A DNA stretch of 64,000 bases from Calcarisporiella thermophila CBS 279.70. Taxonomy: Eukaryota; Fungi; Calcarisporiellomycota. The translations under genes and the position numbers were made by a program. The notes below the pieces were generated by a model. The model was not told the origin of the DNA and did not search any database. It saw nothing but the letters and a program-made list of their open reading frames with translations. Location: contig NW_027192202.1 of NCBI RefSeq assembly GCF_041956535.1, forward strand, positions 134,515-198,514. Direction: 5' to 3'. Below, piece by piece: positions 24,455-38,201 of the stretch (the first letter of the stretch is position 1; every line of letters begins with the position of its first letter).

Positions 24455-26143
24455 ATGTCGCTTCCCACAATCAAGTTTCTTGATGCCATTACGACCAATA
24501 CCCAGGCGCCTTATGATGGATTGCTGATCCTGTTCACGGATGCATCCCGCCTCTCTGGTGTTCAATATCTCAGTGCGTCCACCACACTGAGTAAACATGC
24601 AAAACATGATGCTGCCTTTGGTAAGGAGGTCTTGTTCGTGGCAGACGATGCCTTCCCCGGAGGCCGCGCTGTGCTAAGTGGTACGGGGGGGTTGGAAGGA
24701 GATGTTGATGACGTTCGCAAGTGGTTAGGTAATAATTGATGATTACTCATGTCCTTATCGAAGCAGGAGTTAAAATTGACTTCCAAAAAATAAACAATAG
24801 ATGCAGCCAAGAAAGCCGTGAACCGGGCTAGAACCGCTGGCATTACCCGTCCTTTACTCTATTTCCCAGACCCTCCGCTTTCGCTTGAGTATCCGGAGGA
24901 TTACGCGCGATTCCTTGAGGTCTCACTCTTGGGAGTTTTAGGTGCGGCTTTTGATCCTGTAGACGTACGAGAGCACTATGCCCTCACGGGTAAATCGGCC
25001 TTCGCCATCGAAGAGCTTGGCGTGTTTGTGGAAGGCTACACTGTCAAAAACTCCGAGCAACTATTGCAGCAAGTGCAGGCGATTGAGGAGGGCAAGCGCC
25101 TAGCCATCGACCTGGGTAGTCCGAACCCAGAGCGTATGGCCCCGCCTGCATTTGCCCAGTACGTCGTCGAAGCCTTCAAGAATGTGAGCAACGTTAATGT
25201 AGAGGTGATCGAGGATTACACGGTGATCAAAAGGGAGTACCCCTTACTCGCGGCAGTGGCCCGCGCGTCTATGTTTGTTGAACGCCACCGTCCACGTGTC
25301 GTCAAACTCTCCTACCGCTCTCCCGCGCCCGAAAAAGTAAAGGAGAACCTCTACTTTGTCGGCAAGGGGGTCACATACGACACCGGTGGTGCTGATGTGA
25401 AATACGGTGGAGTCATGCGTGGGATGTCGCGGGATAAATGCGGCGCGGCTTCGCTTGCTGGCTTCATGAAGACTGTCAGCAAACTTGCCCCTGAGCACGT
25501 GAACATCGACATTTCCCTTGGGCTGGTGAGAAACAGCATTGGTGCGGATTCATACGTGTCGGATGAGGTGATTGTGTCCAGGGCTGGGGTTCGGTGCCTT
25601 GTCGGGAACACGGATGCCGAGGGCCGCATGGTGATGGGCGATCTCCTCTGCGAGGCCAAGGAAACGGCCCTGAAGGGTAACCCTTCCACCTCGAAGCTCT
25701 TCACCGTTGCAACCCTGACTGGCCATGCTATTCGGGCCTATGGCCCTTATGCTGCCGTACTTGAAAACGGACCTGCGCGCAAGTGTGGAGTTGCGAAACG
25801 CCTGTTTGAGGCCGGAGCCCAGTGGGCCGATCCATTCGAAATCTCGACCTTGAGACGCGAGGACTTCGCCCTGGTCGCCCCTGGAGGAAGAGGCGAAGAT
25901 GTCGTGCAGGCCAACGACAAGCCAAGCACCATGACTTCTCGTGGTCACCAATATCCGATGGCGTTCCTTGTGGTGGCGTCGGGGCTCGATAAGCACGGCC
26001 TGGATGCACCAAAACAGGTGAGACTGGCCTACTCGCATCTGGACGTGGCTGGTTCCGCTGAGGCAGGAAGCCCAGGTGGGCTCAGTTTGGGGACCGTGAC
26101 GGGCAATCCTGTCCCCTCTTTAACGGGCGCCTTCCTATTGTAA
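24455..26143 (+). CDS. M17 leucyl aminopeptidase-family protein
   Basis: Metal-binding motifs VGKGVTYDTGGADVK, MSRDKCGAA, GNTDAEGRM, ATLTGH, HLDVAG; one intron at about 24729-24800. Confidence 0.9.
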
Positions 26144-26512
26144 TATTTATGGCTTGCTAGTTTAAAGAATTTTTTTTCTCGCCAAGTTCACGCTTTGAAA
26201 CACCATGGATACGGGGAAAAAGGGACGAGGATGGCCGAGTAGGAAGACAATACTAATCATTAATAAAACAGTAAATCTGAGCAGAGGTATCCGCGCTTTA
26301 TGTATAGAACAAGGGCTTTTACAGCACTGGAAAGAAATGGCTGATGCCAGTCACTCTTCGCCAAATTCAAGAGATCTCAGGGCGATTTTCCTCGTACATT
26401 CTGATTCAGGGTGTAACCATAAGCCATGTCCTATAAATTTTCCCATTCGGCTGACAAGAAAAATACTCGAACAAACGTTTGAATTTCTCACCGCTACTCT
26501 TCTCACATCTCC

Positions 26513-26932
26513 ATGGATACCTCTCAATCCTCCTATAATATCACGGCGTACAAGCGCCACCTCTTCCAGCGGGCCTACAGCTACCCGTCCCCCCAGCCCT
26601 CCTCCAAGTCGCAGTACTACGGATTCTCCTCGCCGGCCCATCGCGATGATCTTGGGGCCTTCGACAATAACACGGCATCGAGCGAGCGGTCAGGAGAGGG
26701 TGTGAATCAATGGATCGAGGACGAACATGCAAGCCACCTGGGCCGGGAAATGGCGGGCCTAGGCAAAGAGGTGACGCGCCAATTTCTACATTTGAATGAG
26801 GCGAGGAGCAGAACAAATTCCCCAGCTCCACCCGCCCCTCCGACCACGATCCAGCAACCTTTACGCATCCATTCGCTGCCGCCGGAGGAAACCAGCACAT
26901 CGTCCACAAATGCAGAGAAAGAACGGCCGTGA
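26513..26932 (+). CDS. Hypothetical 139-aa low-complexity protein
   Basis: ATG-initiated GC-rich ORF between AT-rich flanks; S/P-rich; no recognisable domain. Confidence 0.35.
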   Translation: MDTSQSSYNITAYKRHLFQRAYSYPSPQPSSKSQYYGFSSPAHRDDLGAFDNNTASSERSGEGVNQWIEDEHASHLGREMAGLGKEVTRQFLHLNEARSRTNSPAPPAPPTTIQQPLRIHSLPPEETSTSSTNAEKERP

Positions 26933-27515
26933 GCGCCGTGTTACCTAGATAGGACTCTTCGCTCTCAGCGAACCATTGCCCTCCTCCCCGTTCACTATCA
27001 TGGCGGACTTCCAAACGACAGTCTTAGTTTGTAGTGGGTCATCCCAAAATCGAGTCCTGTACTATATTCTTATCCATCCTGTGTAGTATTTCCTATTCTC
27101 AATTATTTCCTATTCATGCGTGCAACAAGTTAAGAACCATAATAAAAGGACGCTGTGACTTTTAATTAGATTTCATAAAAATAAAGACGCAATCAAAAGG
27201 CGTTATCCAAAGAGCTCCTCACGTTCTCTCCTCGATACTTAAAGACTTAAGAAAACCTAAAAAAGAATATGGAAAGAAAATGATAGAGAATGTCGAAAAA
27301 AAAAAGAGATAAGCATCCGCTTCAGAAGAGAATATTCATTTCTTCAATCAAATCGAACACCTCCTTATGAAGAATTGGAAAAAAAAAAAAGAAAAATGCT
27401 AATAAAAATATAGAGGCGCGGTAAAAGTGACATACATATATCTCCGCTCATTTTTTTTTTGTTGTTGACAAACAGCAACCAGAACTTCATGAGGAATTAG
27501 CCTCTCTCCATTGCA

Positions 27516-29963
27516 TCAGGGCATCTCCGTTTTCCAGTGCGGAGTTCCCCCACCGCGATAGGACCAAACTTTGGCCTTGAAGTCTCCAGAGCCGGAGGCG
27601 AACAGAGGCATCCCTGCTTGGTTGATGGCCACCGATATGACCGAATTTTTGTGGCCTTGCAAGGTCAGCAGAGAATGGCCTGTCCTCCAATCCCAGAATT
27701 GCACGCTTCTGTCCTTCGAGCCGGAAATAACCCAGTTCCCACACGGCGAAATGGCCACTGAGAGCACGAAATCCTTGTGTCCCGAAAACGTTTGCCGGCA
27801 CACACTCCCGCCCATGCGAGGAGTGCCGCCTCCCGATGCAAGCAAATTGGTCAAATCCCAAAGCTTCAGGGATCTGTCCAGGCTCCCGCTGACAAGCGAT
27901 TTTCCATCGGGACCAAATGCAACACTGTACACGCTGTCCTTGTGGCCCTCCAAGTTGTCCAACAGCCGTCCGGTGCGTGTGTCCCAGATTCGCACCATTT
28001 TGTCCAAAGATCCGGCCGCAACCAAGGATCCATCCGGAGACATGGCCACGCTAGTTACCCCCGCATCCTTTGCACCCGCGTCATCAATACGCAACACGTG
28101 TAAGCATTGGCCGGTTTCTGCATCCCAGATCCGGGCGGTTCTGTCTCCGGATCCGGATGCGATACGCTTTCCATCACGGGACCACTCGAGCGAGTATATA
28201 TCCTGCTCATGGCCGGTCAGGATCTGCTGCACGCGTTTCCCCTGAATATCCCAGATGCGCACCTGCTTGTCCTCTGCACCCGTTGCCAAAAATTGATCGT
28301 TTGGCGAGAAGCACACCGAGCGAATGTAGAGATCGCTGCCGTCCATCGCTATGCTTTCGTCAATAAGCACACTATCGCGGGCAAAAAAAAAAATACAATT
28401 TGTAAAGCCTATGGACATAAATCTGAGGATGGTTAAAAAATGAGAGGTTACGTGAGTTTCTTCCCCGATTGCACATCGAATATTTGTGCACTCCTGTTGC
28501 ATCCCGTCGCCAAATATTTCCCATCAGAGCTAAACCGCACGCAGCATACGACGCTGTTGTGCTCAAGGATGTGGCGCAAATCGACATCAAGAGTTCGCAC
28601 CAATTTCGGGTTAAACCTGAACCAAAATGTTAGTCGATCCATCGAAAAGGGGCTTCGGGTTTCGCATGCGCATGAGGGACTTACAATGCAAACCAGTCTT
28701 GCCCTTCTTTCCGGTATCCAGCTTGGACATCCGTGTCCATGTCGTGGTATGGAGCATGGGCACCCTTTATGCTCGGTTGGGACGTGCTCATTTTCCGCTT
28801 CCCCGTAGTGGGCGGTTGTCCAGGATTCGTCTCTACATACAGAATAGCCAGGATAAGTCGATACTCTTCGAAATTGGAAAACATCGCTATTTATTCACCT
28901 TGCATGTAACCTATGAATGGTAATTCGATACGAGGTTGCATTTGTTAGTTTCCTCTAAAATAATTACATGGAAAAAAACTACTGTGTTACCCATCTGTGG
29001 TGGACCCTGCGATGCAATTGTACTCCCAATCGGAGTTTGGTTGGGATTGTAAGCCTGACTTTGGGTATACATGCCCCCCGGATGCGGTGGAGGAGGCAGC
29101 CCACCCGTGGAGCCCCGAGGATCGTCTCTAGCCATCGCGGAGTGATCTGGACCCGTGGTTCCGGGAGCTGTGCTTGGTGGTAAATAGCCTCCGCCTGCTC
29201 CATTCATGTAAGGGGGTGGAGGACCTGCAGGTGGGTGAGAGTATTGAGAGGGCGGAGGAGGGTGCTGCTGCTGCTGCTGCTGTTGTTGTTGCTGCTGCTG
29301 CTCCATCATACGAGGGGGAGCAGCAAGACTATGAGGACCTTGGCCTCCACCAGTCCCTCCCGCGGCGCTACCTCCAATTATCCCGCTGAAGAGATTCGAA
29401 GGACCATGCCCTAGCTGTGGGGGAGCAGGCTGCTGTGAGAGATGTGAGGCAGGCGTCGGCAAGGATGGAGCATGCGCTGATGTGGGGGGTGTAGGGGGAA
29501 CCTTGTGACCTGCTCGAAGCATCTCGTTTTCTCTTCGTAAACGTAGGATTTCATCTTCATATCTAAAAAAGAGCAAAAATATTAGCCATATTTCCCCGCC
29601 CATATGACCCTATTATGTTCCAAGCACTTACTGTTGTTTATATCGTTGATGCAGTTGCTCGAGATCCATTAATTGGTGTTTAAAAATATTCATTTCCTGA
29701 ATCTGTGCTGCAACTAGAATGATAGATTCGTAAGTCCGTGGAAACATCATTTGGCCAAGCACGAAAAGATCAAATATACTTCTGGCATTGCATCCACTAA
29801 AATCACACCATCATTACTTACATTTTTGTTCATATTCCTCTATCCGAATCTTGCTCTGGGATGCATTATGGGAGAGCGCGTCATGTTCACCCTTCAATTG
29901 ATCAATCATATCCACGATCCGCGATGATGGTGGGGCCATTGGCCGATGATTATAGACCGACAT
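27516..29963 (-). CDS. TUP1: General transcriptional corepressor Tup1
   Basis: N-terminal Tup_N ([32 protein letters not shown]), Q/P-rich linker, WD40 repeats with [73 protein letters not shown]. Confidence 0.95.
29264..29300 (-). repeat. CAG/CAA trinucleotide tract (poly-Gln) in Tup1
   Basis: (ctg)n/(ttg)n run on + strand encoding about 12 Gln. Confidence 0.85.
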
Positions 29964-30746
29964 TTCTGAGAATTGCTAGAACACCGAAAAATAGATCCAA
30001 GAATTATCGATTGTTGGTAGAACTAGGGGGAAAACGCGCCAACCGCGGTTTCTTCGCTCCTTCTTGTCTTCTCAATCGCTTACTACGGTCGAGCTCTAGT
30101 GAAATTGAAAAATGTAGGGCGAATTTATATGAAAGACTGCAGATGTGAGAAAGGTCGATCGAAAACGGGGTTGATTTCGATTTTTATGCCAATGGTATGA
30201 TCGCGTACTTTTATCTTCTTCAGTGATAAACAAAAAAAATTCCTCGCGTTGATCGTCACACTGGAAATCCCTGAAAGAGAAAAAAAAAATGCGGCAAAGA
30301 ATCGTCGAATAAGAAAAAAAAAAAAAAAAAAAATAAAGAAAAGGGAAAAAAACGAAAGGGAAGCAACGAAAAAGAAATTCGCAGTTGGATCGTTTCAATC
30401 CCGAGGGTTTGGTCCGGGCGAAACTCTGTCGTCATCAATGAAATTCTGTCTTTATTTTCGATATCAAAATTGTTAATAGCTAAAGCTTGAGCTAAAAACT
30501 ATTGATAATCTACAATATAACAATAATAAAAAACATAGTTGTGACATAGAATAATATATAATGGAAGGGAGGAATCAATTTTAACAAAGAAAAAAAAATA
30601 TATGAGCCAGAAAAAGATATATATTTATAGGGGGAAAAGGGGGAAGAAGGAAGATTAAAAGGGGATACACAAAGTATCTCGAACAAGGCATCCAAGAGAA
30701 AAAAATGATTGTTTTGATAAAATAGTTGATGGCATGCTGAATTACG

Positions 30747-32418
30747 TTACTCTACCAGGGCGGTTTCACATATTGTCTCATCGGGGGGTCTTGGCCATCC
30801 CCGCTCGCTAGTCTGCGGCTCAAATATTGTTTCTATTCCATTTGTGTTTGTAGACGCAGAGCGGTGATGGAAAACGATGCGATTACCCGATGAGCTGGGG
30901 GCGCGAGAACGTATTACGGGCTGATAGTCGGCACCGGTAGTAGCGTTAAGTATATTTGTGTCACGTTCTCCAAGCGTCCCAAGTACGGTGCAAGCAGAGC
31001 TTGGCGAAGCTATTAGAGGAGGCTCGGCACGGCCCTGAGTATGGATGGCAATATCCTTTGGATGGCCCCCAACCGCACCGCTGCTCGATGGTGCGGATGA
31101 GACCGCCGTTGCACTCAACTTATCCGCCAGCGTGATCACGCCTATTGTTCGGTCCGCCGCGATATTTTCCATTTCGTCTTCACTCAACACATCTCCAACT
31201 TCGGGGGATACGCATTTGTACTCGAGATCTGCTGCACTGCTGCTTATTTCCGAGGTAGGTAGTAGTGGGAGCACGGCGGGAATATTCTTGGTTGGCTCGA
31301 GTGCGAGCTCAGTTGACGATGCAGTATTTACCGATTCCGCGATATTAGTTTCTGCCGTCGCCGAACTCGGCTGACGGTTGTTCACCGGCTGTACCTCTTT
31401 TGTCAGAGCCCTGCGTAAGTTGGTGCAGTTTTCGAAAGCATTCTCCCAGAGTTCAGCAACCTCTACATTGGCATCCAAATTTGCGTATGCTCTGCAAAGG
31501 GGGCAGAGGAAGCTTGGGTGGTGCGAGATGAGTGGGCGGATACATTTAAAGTGAAATGCATGCGAGCAAGGGGCAATGAAGAGCGCTTGGAGTGGGCCAA
31601 TAGCGTAAAGACAGATGCAACATTCGGCTGTAGTAGCATTTCCGTTGGTTGGAGAGTTGGGAGTGATGGAATTGGGGGGGACTAGATTGGTGACATCCAT
31701 TTGCTTTAGAAGATTTTGGTATTGTGTAATCCTAGCAAGAGAGAAGAGTATAGGGAAAGGAGAGAGTTAGCTTGAAGCTAGCCCAGAATACTCATAGATA
31801 TAGTACTTGAACGCGTCCAGTTGAACTTGACAGCTTCTCCTGATCTCAATCCGGATCATTACACAGCGGTATAATTCTGTATCATCATACAAATTTGATT
31901 AAATGCCTGGTGGTAAGTAAATAAACACAATCATTTTGATTACCTTCGCAGCCTCCCTGATAATCTATACCCAACCGGACTATATCACCGTCTCTCAGGG
32001 GAAATGGTCTGCTCTCAACCTTGGGCTGTGAGAGTCTTACGTGGTTTAAGAACGTGCCTGAAGAGGATCCTGCATCGCGAATATAAAACTATTGCAAATA
32101 GTATTTAGTCAATGGAAAAAAAAAAGGGATAAGAGAGAGGGGGGGGGGGAACACCCCCTAATGACAATATCCCCAACTTACATTTCCCTGTTCTGACCAG
32201 ATCTCGGCATGAGATCGTGAGACAACCTTACTCTTGAACATGATGAAGTTGGAGTTCTGCAGGCGCGCACGTTCCGTGAAGCGGCCAATGCGCAGAATGG
32301 TGCCCTGGGGGACCTGCTTTTCCACGGGTTCAAAGTGGAAGCCTGGGGTATCGACGAAATGGGGGAGGAGGCGGATAAAGGGAAGCATGTTATCTTGCGA
32401 CGAGAATGATTTCGCCAT
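30747..32418 (-). CDS. DMA1: FHA + RING E3 ubiquitin ligase Dma1/Dma2-like
   Basis: FHA motifs IGRFT..FKSKVVSRSHAEIW, RDAGSSSGTFLNHVRLS, GDIVRLGIDYQGG; RING-H2 CCICLYAIGPLQALFIAPCSHAFHFKCIRPL..FLCPLCR. Confidence 0.9.
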
Positions 32419-33374
32419 TCAGAACAGGGGGATCGACACAGATGGGGAGGAGGAGGATGCTTGAAGAATGATGGCCAGAGCGTAGAGGGATTTTCCCATC
32501 GAAATGGACGCGAGGGCACAGGGAAAGTATATTGCTGCAGAGGAGAAAAATAAAAAAGAAAAAACTTTTTATTCTAATGAATAGAGCAGGTGGCTTCGTG
32601 ACCACGGACGACAATTCATCATGCACGTTATTCGATAATGAGGGAGAAAATAGACTGTTCCACAGTTGTAAGAGGAGACGCAAGCAAATTGGCTACCACA
32701 AGCGATTAAGCTTTGCCTAGCGCCCCTGCCCACTGACCGGCGTCCGCCGCCGCGCAACTCGCAGCCCCTGCTTCATACCGCGGCGCGTCTCTATTGAGTT
32801 GGCTCCCCCAATCTCGTGACCAATGGCGGTCAACCTTGGCCGGGTGCCGATCAAGCCTACTGGGTGGCGATAATGCTGTTCCCTTGGGCGTGACTCTTAA
32901 ACCTGCCATCAGATCCATGTGGCACCAAGGGTTGAAATTGCGTCTGATGGTTGCCCATATACATTCGCCGCATCGCCTTAAATGTAGCTTGAAAGCTATA
33001 GAGTTATAGAGCTCCATGCAAACAGCTCTCGTAATTAGGCTGCAGGCAATCCATCCTTTCTGCTGGCAGTCACTGAGGTGCTAAATCTAGTCGCATTTGA
33101 ATCCCTTGTACGGTGACTCGAGGAATGGTGACGCTTTCGACCGTGGGTTATTTTTTCAGAAACCTTGGGCTACCAGTTTGAAGGTAATTTTAATTAAAAT
33201 ACGGCCTGTGGGAAACATTTGGAAATCAATCAAGTACAGCGCTCGAGCTCCAGATTAGCCCATCTAACACAAGCCACACTTCCACATTTTCTTTGAAGTG
33301 GCAAAATACCGGCTGCTTTATTTTTGCAGTCATTCTAGTTTAAAACTGCATTCCAACATCCATTCTTTCCAAGC

Positions 33375-34893
33375 ATGAAACAAAAACTCGCACAGTTATT
33401 TCGCGGAAACCTCGTACACACTCCCTCCAAAGGAGAGCTCGAAATTCTTACGGATGTCTACTGTGGAGTCGACGAGCAGGGCAAAATTGCATTCATTAGC
33501 CCTATAAACAGTGAGGGGTGGCGAGAGGAATTTGATGCCCAAGGCGCAATGGAAATTGACGTTGGAAAAAACAGATTCCTGATGCCGGGGTTTGTGGATC
33601 TGCATTTTCACGCGGTAAGACCACCGGAGTACATGTACATCCCACATTATCAAAATTGTTAAATACGAATTATTATCACAGCCGCAGTATCCGTTCCACG
33701 GAACTGCAACCGACACATCCCTCATGCAGTGGCTACAAAAATATATCTTTCCAACGGAAGCTCGCTATGGCAAGGATCTTGCTTTCGCCACCAGCGTGTA
33801 TAGACGCATGGTCAATCATCTATTAAGACTTGGCACCACGACGGCACTATTTTACGCCACCATTGATGTTGAACCTAGCTTGGTACTATGCGACGAGATA
33901 GAATCAGCTGGCATGAGAGGTTTTGTTGGCATCCCAAGTTTAGATAGTAAGTGCGGAGAAAGCCATACATAATGGTCGAGTAAACTTACCATCTCAACGT
34001 TTGCCTTAGGGAATGGCTCCGCAGAACATGGTTATGAGCGCTCTACCGCCCAAGCCATTGAAGATGCTCAACGATTTATTGACACGGTCCTCGCGCGTCA
34101 TAAACCTCGGGACCTTGTCCATCCCGTCGTCACCCCACGCTTCCTTCCCACTTGCTCTCCTGAGCTATTGACTGCTCTCTCAAATCTTGCACATCAACAT
34201 AACCTCCTCATCCAATCCCATATCTCAGAATCCCGTGATGAGGTTGAATCTGTCCAAAAGTTGTATGGTGAGCCTGACGCCAAGGTGTTTGAGAGAATGA
34301 ACATGATGGGCCCAAGGACCGTAATGGCACATGCCACGCGCATGACACGTGATGATTGGAATATTGTCAAGAGTAAGGGCGTAGGCATTGCTCATTGTCC
34401 TCTCTCCAATGCATTCTTTGGAGACGGTGCGGTCTCTGTCAAAAGGCTATGGCGCGAAAACATAAAGGTGGGATTAGGAACCGATGTTGCTGGCGGATAT
34501 ACTCCCGCAATGCTCTCCGCTATAAGGCAAGCCGTGGTCACCTCCAAAATGATGGAGGCGCAGAGAAAAGATTCCATAGATAAGCATGGAGTACAAAAAA
34601 ACTGGAGCGATGAGCCATTGGACATGGATTGGGTGAGTGGACTATATCTTGCAACTCTGGGAGGAGCAGAGGTTCTTGGCATGGCGGATAAGATAGGTAC
34701 ATTGGCTGTTGGAAAATCTCTGGACGCTATTGTTGTAGAAGTTCTCCCATTCAATGGGCAGTTTAGACCACCCTTTGAAGTGTTCCCAACCGACACAATG
34801 CGCGACCGGGTGGAGAAATTTGTGAACTTGGGCGACGATAGAAATATCAAACAAGTTTTTGTTGGAGGGAAATGCGTGTTTTCTTGTGAATAA
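33375..34893 (+). CDS. GUD1: Guanine deaminase (amidohydrolase)
   Basis: Motifs PGFVDLHFHA|PQYP, LMQWLQKYIFPTEA, GTTTALFYAT, PVVTPRFLPTCS, QSHISE, HCPLSN, VGLGTDVAGG, LATLGGA, GDDRNIKQVFVGG; two introns. Confidence 0.92.
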
Positions 34894-35313
34894 TAGGCCA
34901 TATATATTTGCATTTTGTCTCCTCCTTCTTGGATGCAACATAGCTGAAATGAATTTTTTTCGGCAGGACCATTTATGCCATTAGGCAATTATTGGATCCA
35001 TAAATTAAATTTTCTTTAAAAAGGTAGTTGTTGTAACAACACACTTCAAATAAGATAGAGCGCATTAAGGGGAAAAGTTCACGATGACTTTCTGCGAATT
35101 CAAACATAAAGCAACAGGCACTTACTCAGAATAATAATAAAAAAAAAATAAAAAGAAATAATTCAAGCAAGCTATACTCGCGATAATAAAAGAAGGAAAT
35201 TGTGTAAACAAGGATGGAAATACGCTCCTTGGGCACTTGTTTTTGAAAATTTCCGTCGTCGAAAGGGGACCAACTCCTCGCTCTCAATTCCGGCATCACG
35301 ATTCCATCCCAGG

Positions 35314-36285
35314 TTATGAGATGGGCTTGAAGTTCGAGTCGATTGTGTTAGCCTGGTCATTGATAGAATCGGCGGGGTTGCTCCGCTTGCCAATGGTTGC
35401 CGCGCCTTGATCCTCCACGTCCTGCTGGAGCATTTCTTGGACCATTCGCATCCTAGCAGCAACCAGCTCCTTCTGGCTCATATGCTTTGTTCGTTCTGAA
35501 TCCGAACGATATTTATGTTCGGGTTGGGTATGGGCGATCTCGCGCTTCTGGTAGGGGGGTCTTTTAACGGGGTAGGATCGCAGCCGTTGAGGGTAAAATG
35601 GGCGAGTTTGACGGTTCTGACGGTTCTGCCCTTCGCGATCCACTAGGAGCTCGAATCGTTTATCGATAAAGTGAGGTTTATGATAGCTATGATGCTTCCC
35701 GTAGGGAACATAAACAGGCTGGGCAGACATGCGCTGAGGTGCACCACCCGAGAAGAATTCATAGGCTGGGTCATATGAGACGCGCTGAGGATATCCCATA
35801 GGGTCATGGTGATCAGAATACCAGAAATCATCTTGGTAGTAGTAGCCCTCCGGACCCTGTTTCATAAGACTAGAATTATCGCCCGGCCCCGATGCCTTTG
35901 TGTTTGCGTTCGAATTCTCGCTGGACTGCTCATCCGAATTCACGGCCGAGTTGAACAAATCCAAGTGATCAAGCACATGGATATTATTAAGGGCATTATC
36001 TATCACACCACGTTTCATCTTTCTCCACTGTTTTTTGTAGATGCCTTCCCCGCCTTGCTTCGAGAGAACCGAATTGTCGCCTGGACCTGATGCTTTGGTG
36101 TTAGCATTACGATTCTCCGAATCCTGTGGATTAGAATTGACCATGGAATCTATTAACTCCAGGTGATCAATAAGATCCAAATTGTTGACGGCATTGTCAA
36201 GAATTCCACGACGTAAGTGCGCTGCACCTTGCGCGAGACTCGCGAAGAGCATAAGCGAGAGTGTTATACCAAGCGATGGTTTCAT
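35314..36285 (-). CDS. Secreted Kex2-type precursor with two 46-aa G(I/V)(L/I)D..NN..ENxNANT repeats
   Basis: Signal peptide MKPSLGITLSLMLFASLAQG; RR/KR sites directly precede two homologous repeats (starting 36207 and 36009); more KR sites downstream; intronless. Confidence 0.8.
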   Translation of the reverse strand: MKPSLGITLSLMLFASLAQGAAHLRRGILDNAVNNLDLIDHLELIDSMVNSNPQDSENRNANTKASGPGDNSVLSKQGGEGIYKKQWRKMKRGVIDNALNNIHVLDHLDLFNSAVNSDEQSSENSNANTKASGPGDNSSLMKQGPEGYYYQDDFWYSDHHDPMGYPQRVSYDPAYEFFSGGAPQRMSAQPVYVPYGKHHSYHKPHFIDKRFELLVDREGQNRQNRQTRPFYPQRLRSYPVKRPPYQKREIAHTQPEHKYRSDSERTKHMSQKELVAARMRMVQEMLQQDVEDQGAATIGKRSNPADSINDQANTIDSNFKPIS

Positions 36286-37676
36286 TTTTGTTCAATTATT
36301 GTTTTTGCGAGAATGGGGGGCGTGGGTATATGCAGGGATATCTTGTTTGTAAAATGAAGCGTGTACTTAGGAAAGGAGAGGGGCTCGTCAAGAGTTGGAT
36401 AAAGGAGAAAAGAATTATTAAATAGGTATACTGCTACTTCTTGGGTATAGGAGAGAAATATGGACACTAGTTTGTAAGGACTAGATGGATATGTATAAAA
36501 AAATAATAAGGGCGATGGCGAGTTCAAGGATGGAACGGGGGAGGAAAGAGAAAGGAAAAGTGTAAAATGAAGCGTTTAAAAGTGATTTGAAATTCGGCTG
36601 AACCAAACCCCAACGATACATTCTTCTTTGTCTCTAGCTGAAATGCCGGAATTTTCTTTCCTTTATATTGCATACCGGTCAATTTCATGCCACGGTTGAG
36701 AATGAAAGAATGTTGCAACAGAAATTCCAAATCGGAAATTTCTTGGTATGAAGATAATAATAATCCTGTCGTTATTAAATCTAGAACCATCCCCTCCATA
36801 TATTAATTACTTTCAAGACTACTCTTTGCGTTTTCAAATATATTTTTGACCAACATACAGTTGACTAACACAATTGTTCTCCCTCAAAGCCATCAAGTTC
36901 GTTGAATAAAGTATGATGGTATAGTGTCGAATGAGGCTAGAACCATATCGTCATCTTCGATGGTCAATGCTCTTATCCAATTATGTCAAGAATCAAAATA
37001 AAATTAGAAAATAATGTCACTGGGATCTGGGACAAATCCAGACCAGAATTCCAAATGTGCCTTCCATGAAGAATTGGCCAATGGAGATTTCATATTGGAC
37101 CTTTGATTAAGTCGCTGATGGAAAAGTCATCGGGTCGAGACGAGAGTTCAGATCAATCATGCTTACGCTGTAAGCAGCAAATTACTTGGTTAGAAACACT
37201 GGTTCTTGTATATTTGGAGTATGAAACCTATTATGGATGAAGAAGGAACTCCACTATTGAGCGATCTGAAGAGGGCATCAGGTACTTATAAACCACTTCC
37301 ACGTAGATGGTACTCAATAACGGAATTTATGAGTGTGCAATCCATGGCCGTGTTATAAGTATTGAATAGTGTTTGTAATTCAATGGTCGTCTCAGCCTTC
37401 CATCTGGTAAGTCTGAATGCCCTTGCTCCACGAGTTAAGGCAGTATGGTTTTGAGGGTTTCCGGATGATATCCAATAAAAATCTTTAATAGAACTATAAT
37501 AAAGAAATGCTACATAAACATATATAGGCAGGGCAAGTAGGAATGGGTTCAGGCATCTAGTGCTCACAAACAAAAAGGAAAAAACTATTGTAAAAATGGA
37601 AGATAGAATGATTATCTAAATGGTGTGCGCATTTAGGCAGGATGAAGCCACCAAATAGCATTCTATTGAATTCCCA

Positions 37677-38201
37677 TTAAAACAGGAACCAGAGTGCAGC
37701 AGCAAAAGTGGAAATTAATCCAAAATCACCAAGATTGAACACTCTCGCGCCCCTTATTGGGCTCGACGCTGCGGATATGCTACCGTTCACTCCTCCTGTC
37801 GGTAATCCAGCGCTTATTGATCTTGAGCCCGTGGGGTAAGAGGTGTAGCCGCTTGTCCCAGAAACTGAAACGACAGTGCCAGTAGCGCCGGGTAAGGCAG
37901 CAGTTCCAGTCGAAGTGCCATTCAAAGACGCACTCGAAGGCAAGGCAATTGCTTGCTTCTTGTTCTTATCCTCCTTCTTATTGTCCTTTTTGTCGTCATT
38001 CTTATCGTCCTTTTTATCGTCCTTTTTATCTTTGTCTTCCCGTTTGATAAGATTGGCATTGGTGTCCAAAATCACTCGTTCATCAATATCCGGCACGCGG
38101 GCCATGGAATTAGCTTGCTGATTAGCGAAAGATGGTGATGCAATGAAGATGAAAAGAAGTACATAGGTGAAAATGAGACATTGAACGTTGACGCGCTTCA
38201 T
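37677..38201 (-). CDS. Small secreted, probably GPI-anchored protein with D/K-rich repeat
   Basis: Signal peptide, LIKR site, DKKDDKKDDKNDDKKD repeat, S/T/G-rich stalk, hydrophobic C-terminus (ISTFAAALWFLF). Confidence 0.7.
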   Translation of the reverse strand: MKRVNVQCLIFTYVLLFIFIASPSFANQQANSMARVPDIDERVILDTNANLIKREDKDKKDDKKDDKNDDKKDNKKEDKNKKQAIALPSSASLNGTSTGTAALPGATGTVVSVSGTSGYTSYPTGSRSISAGLPTGGVNGSISAASSPIRGARVFNLGDFGLISTFAAALWFLF

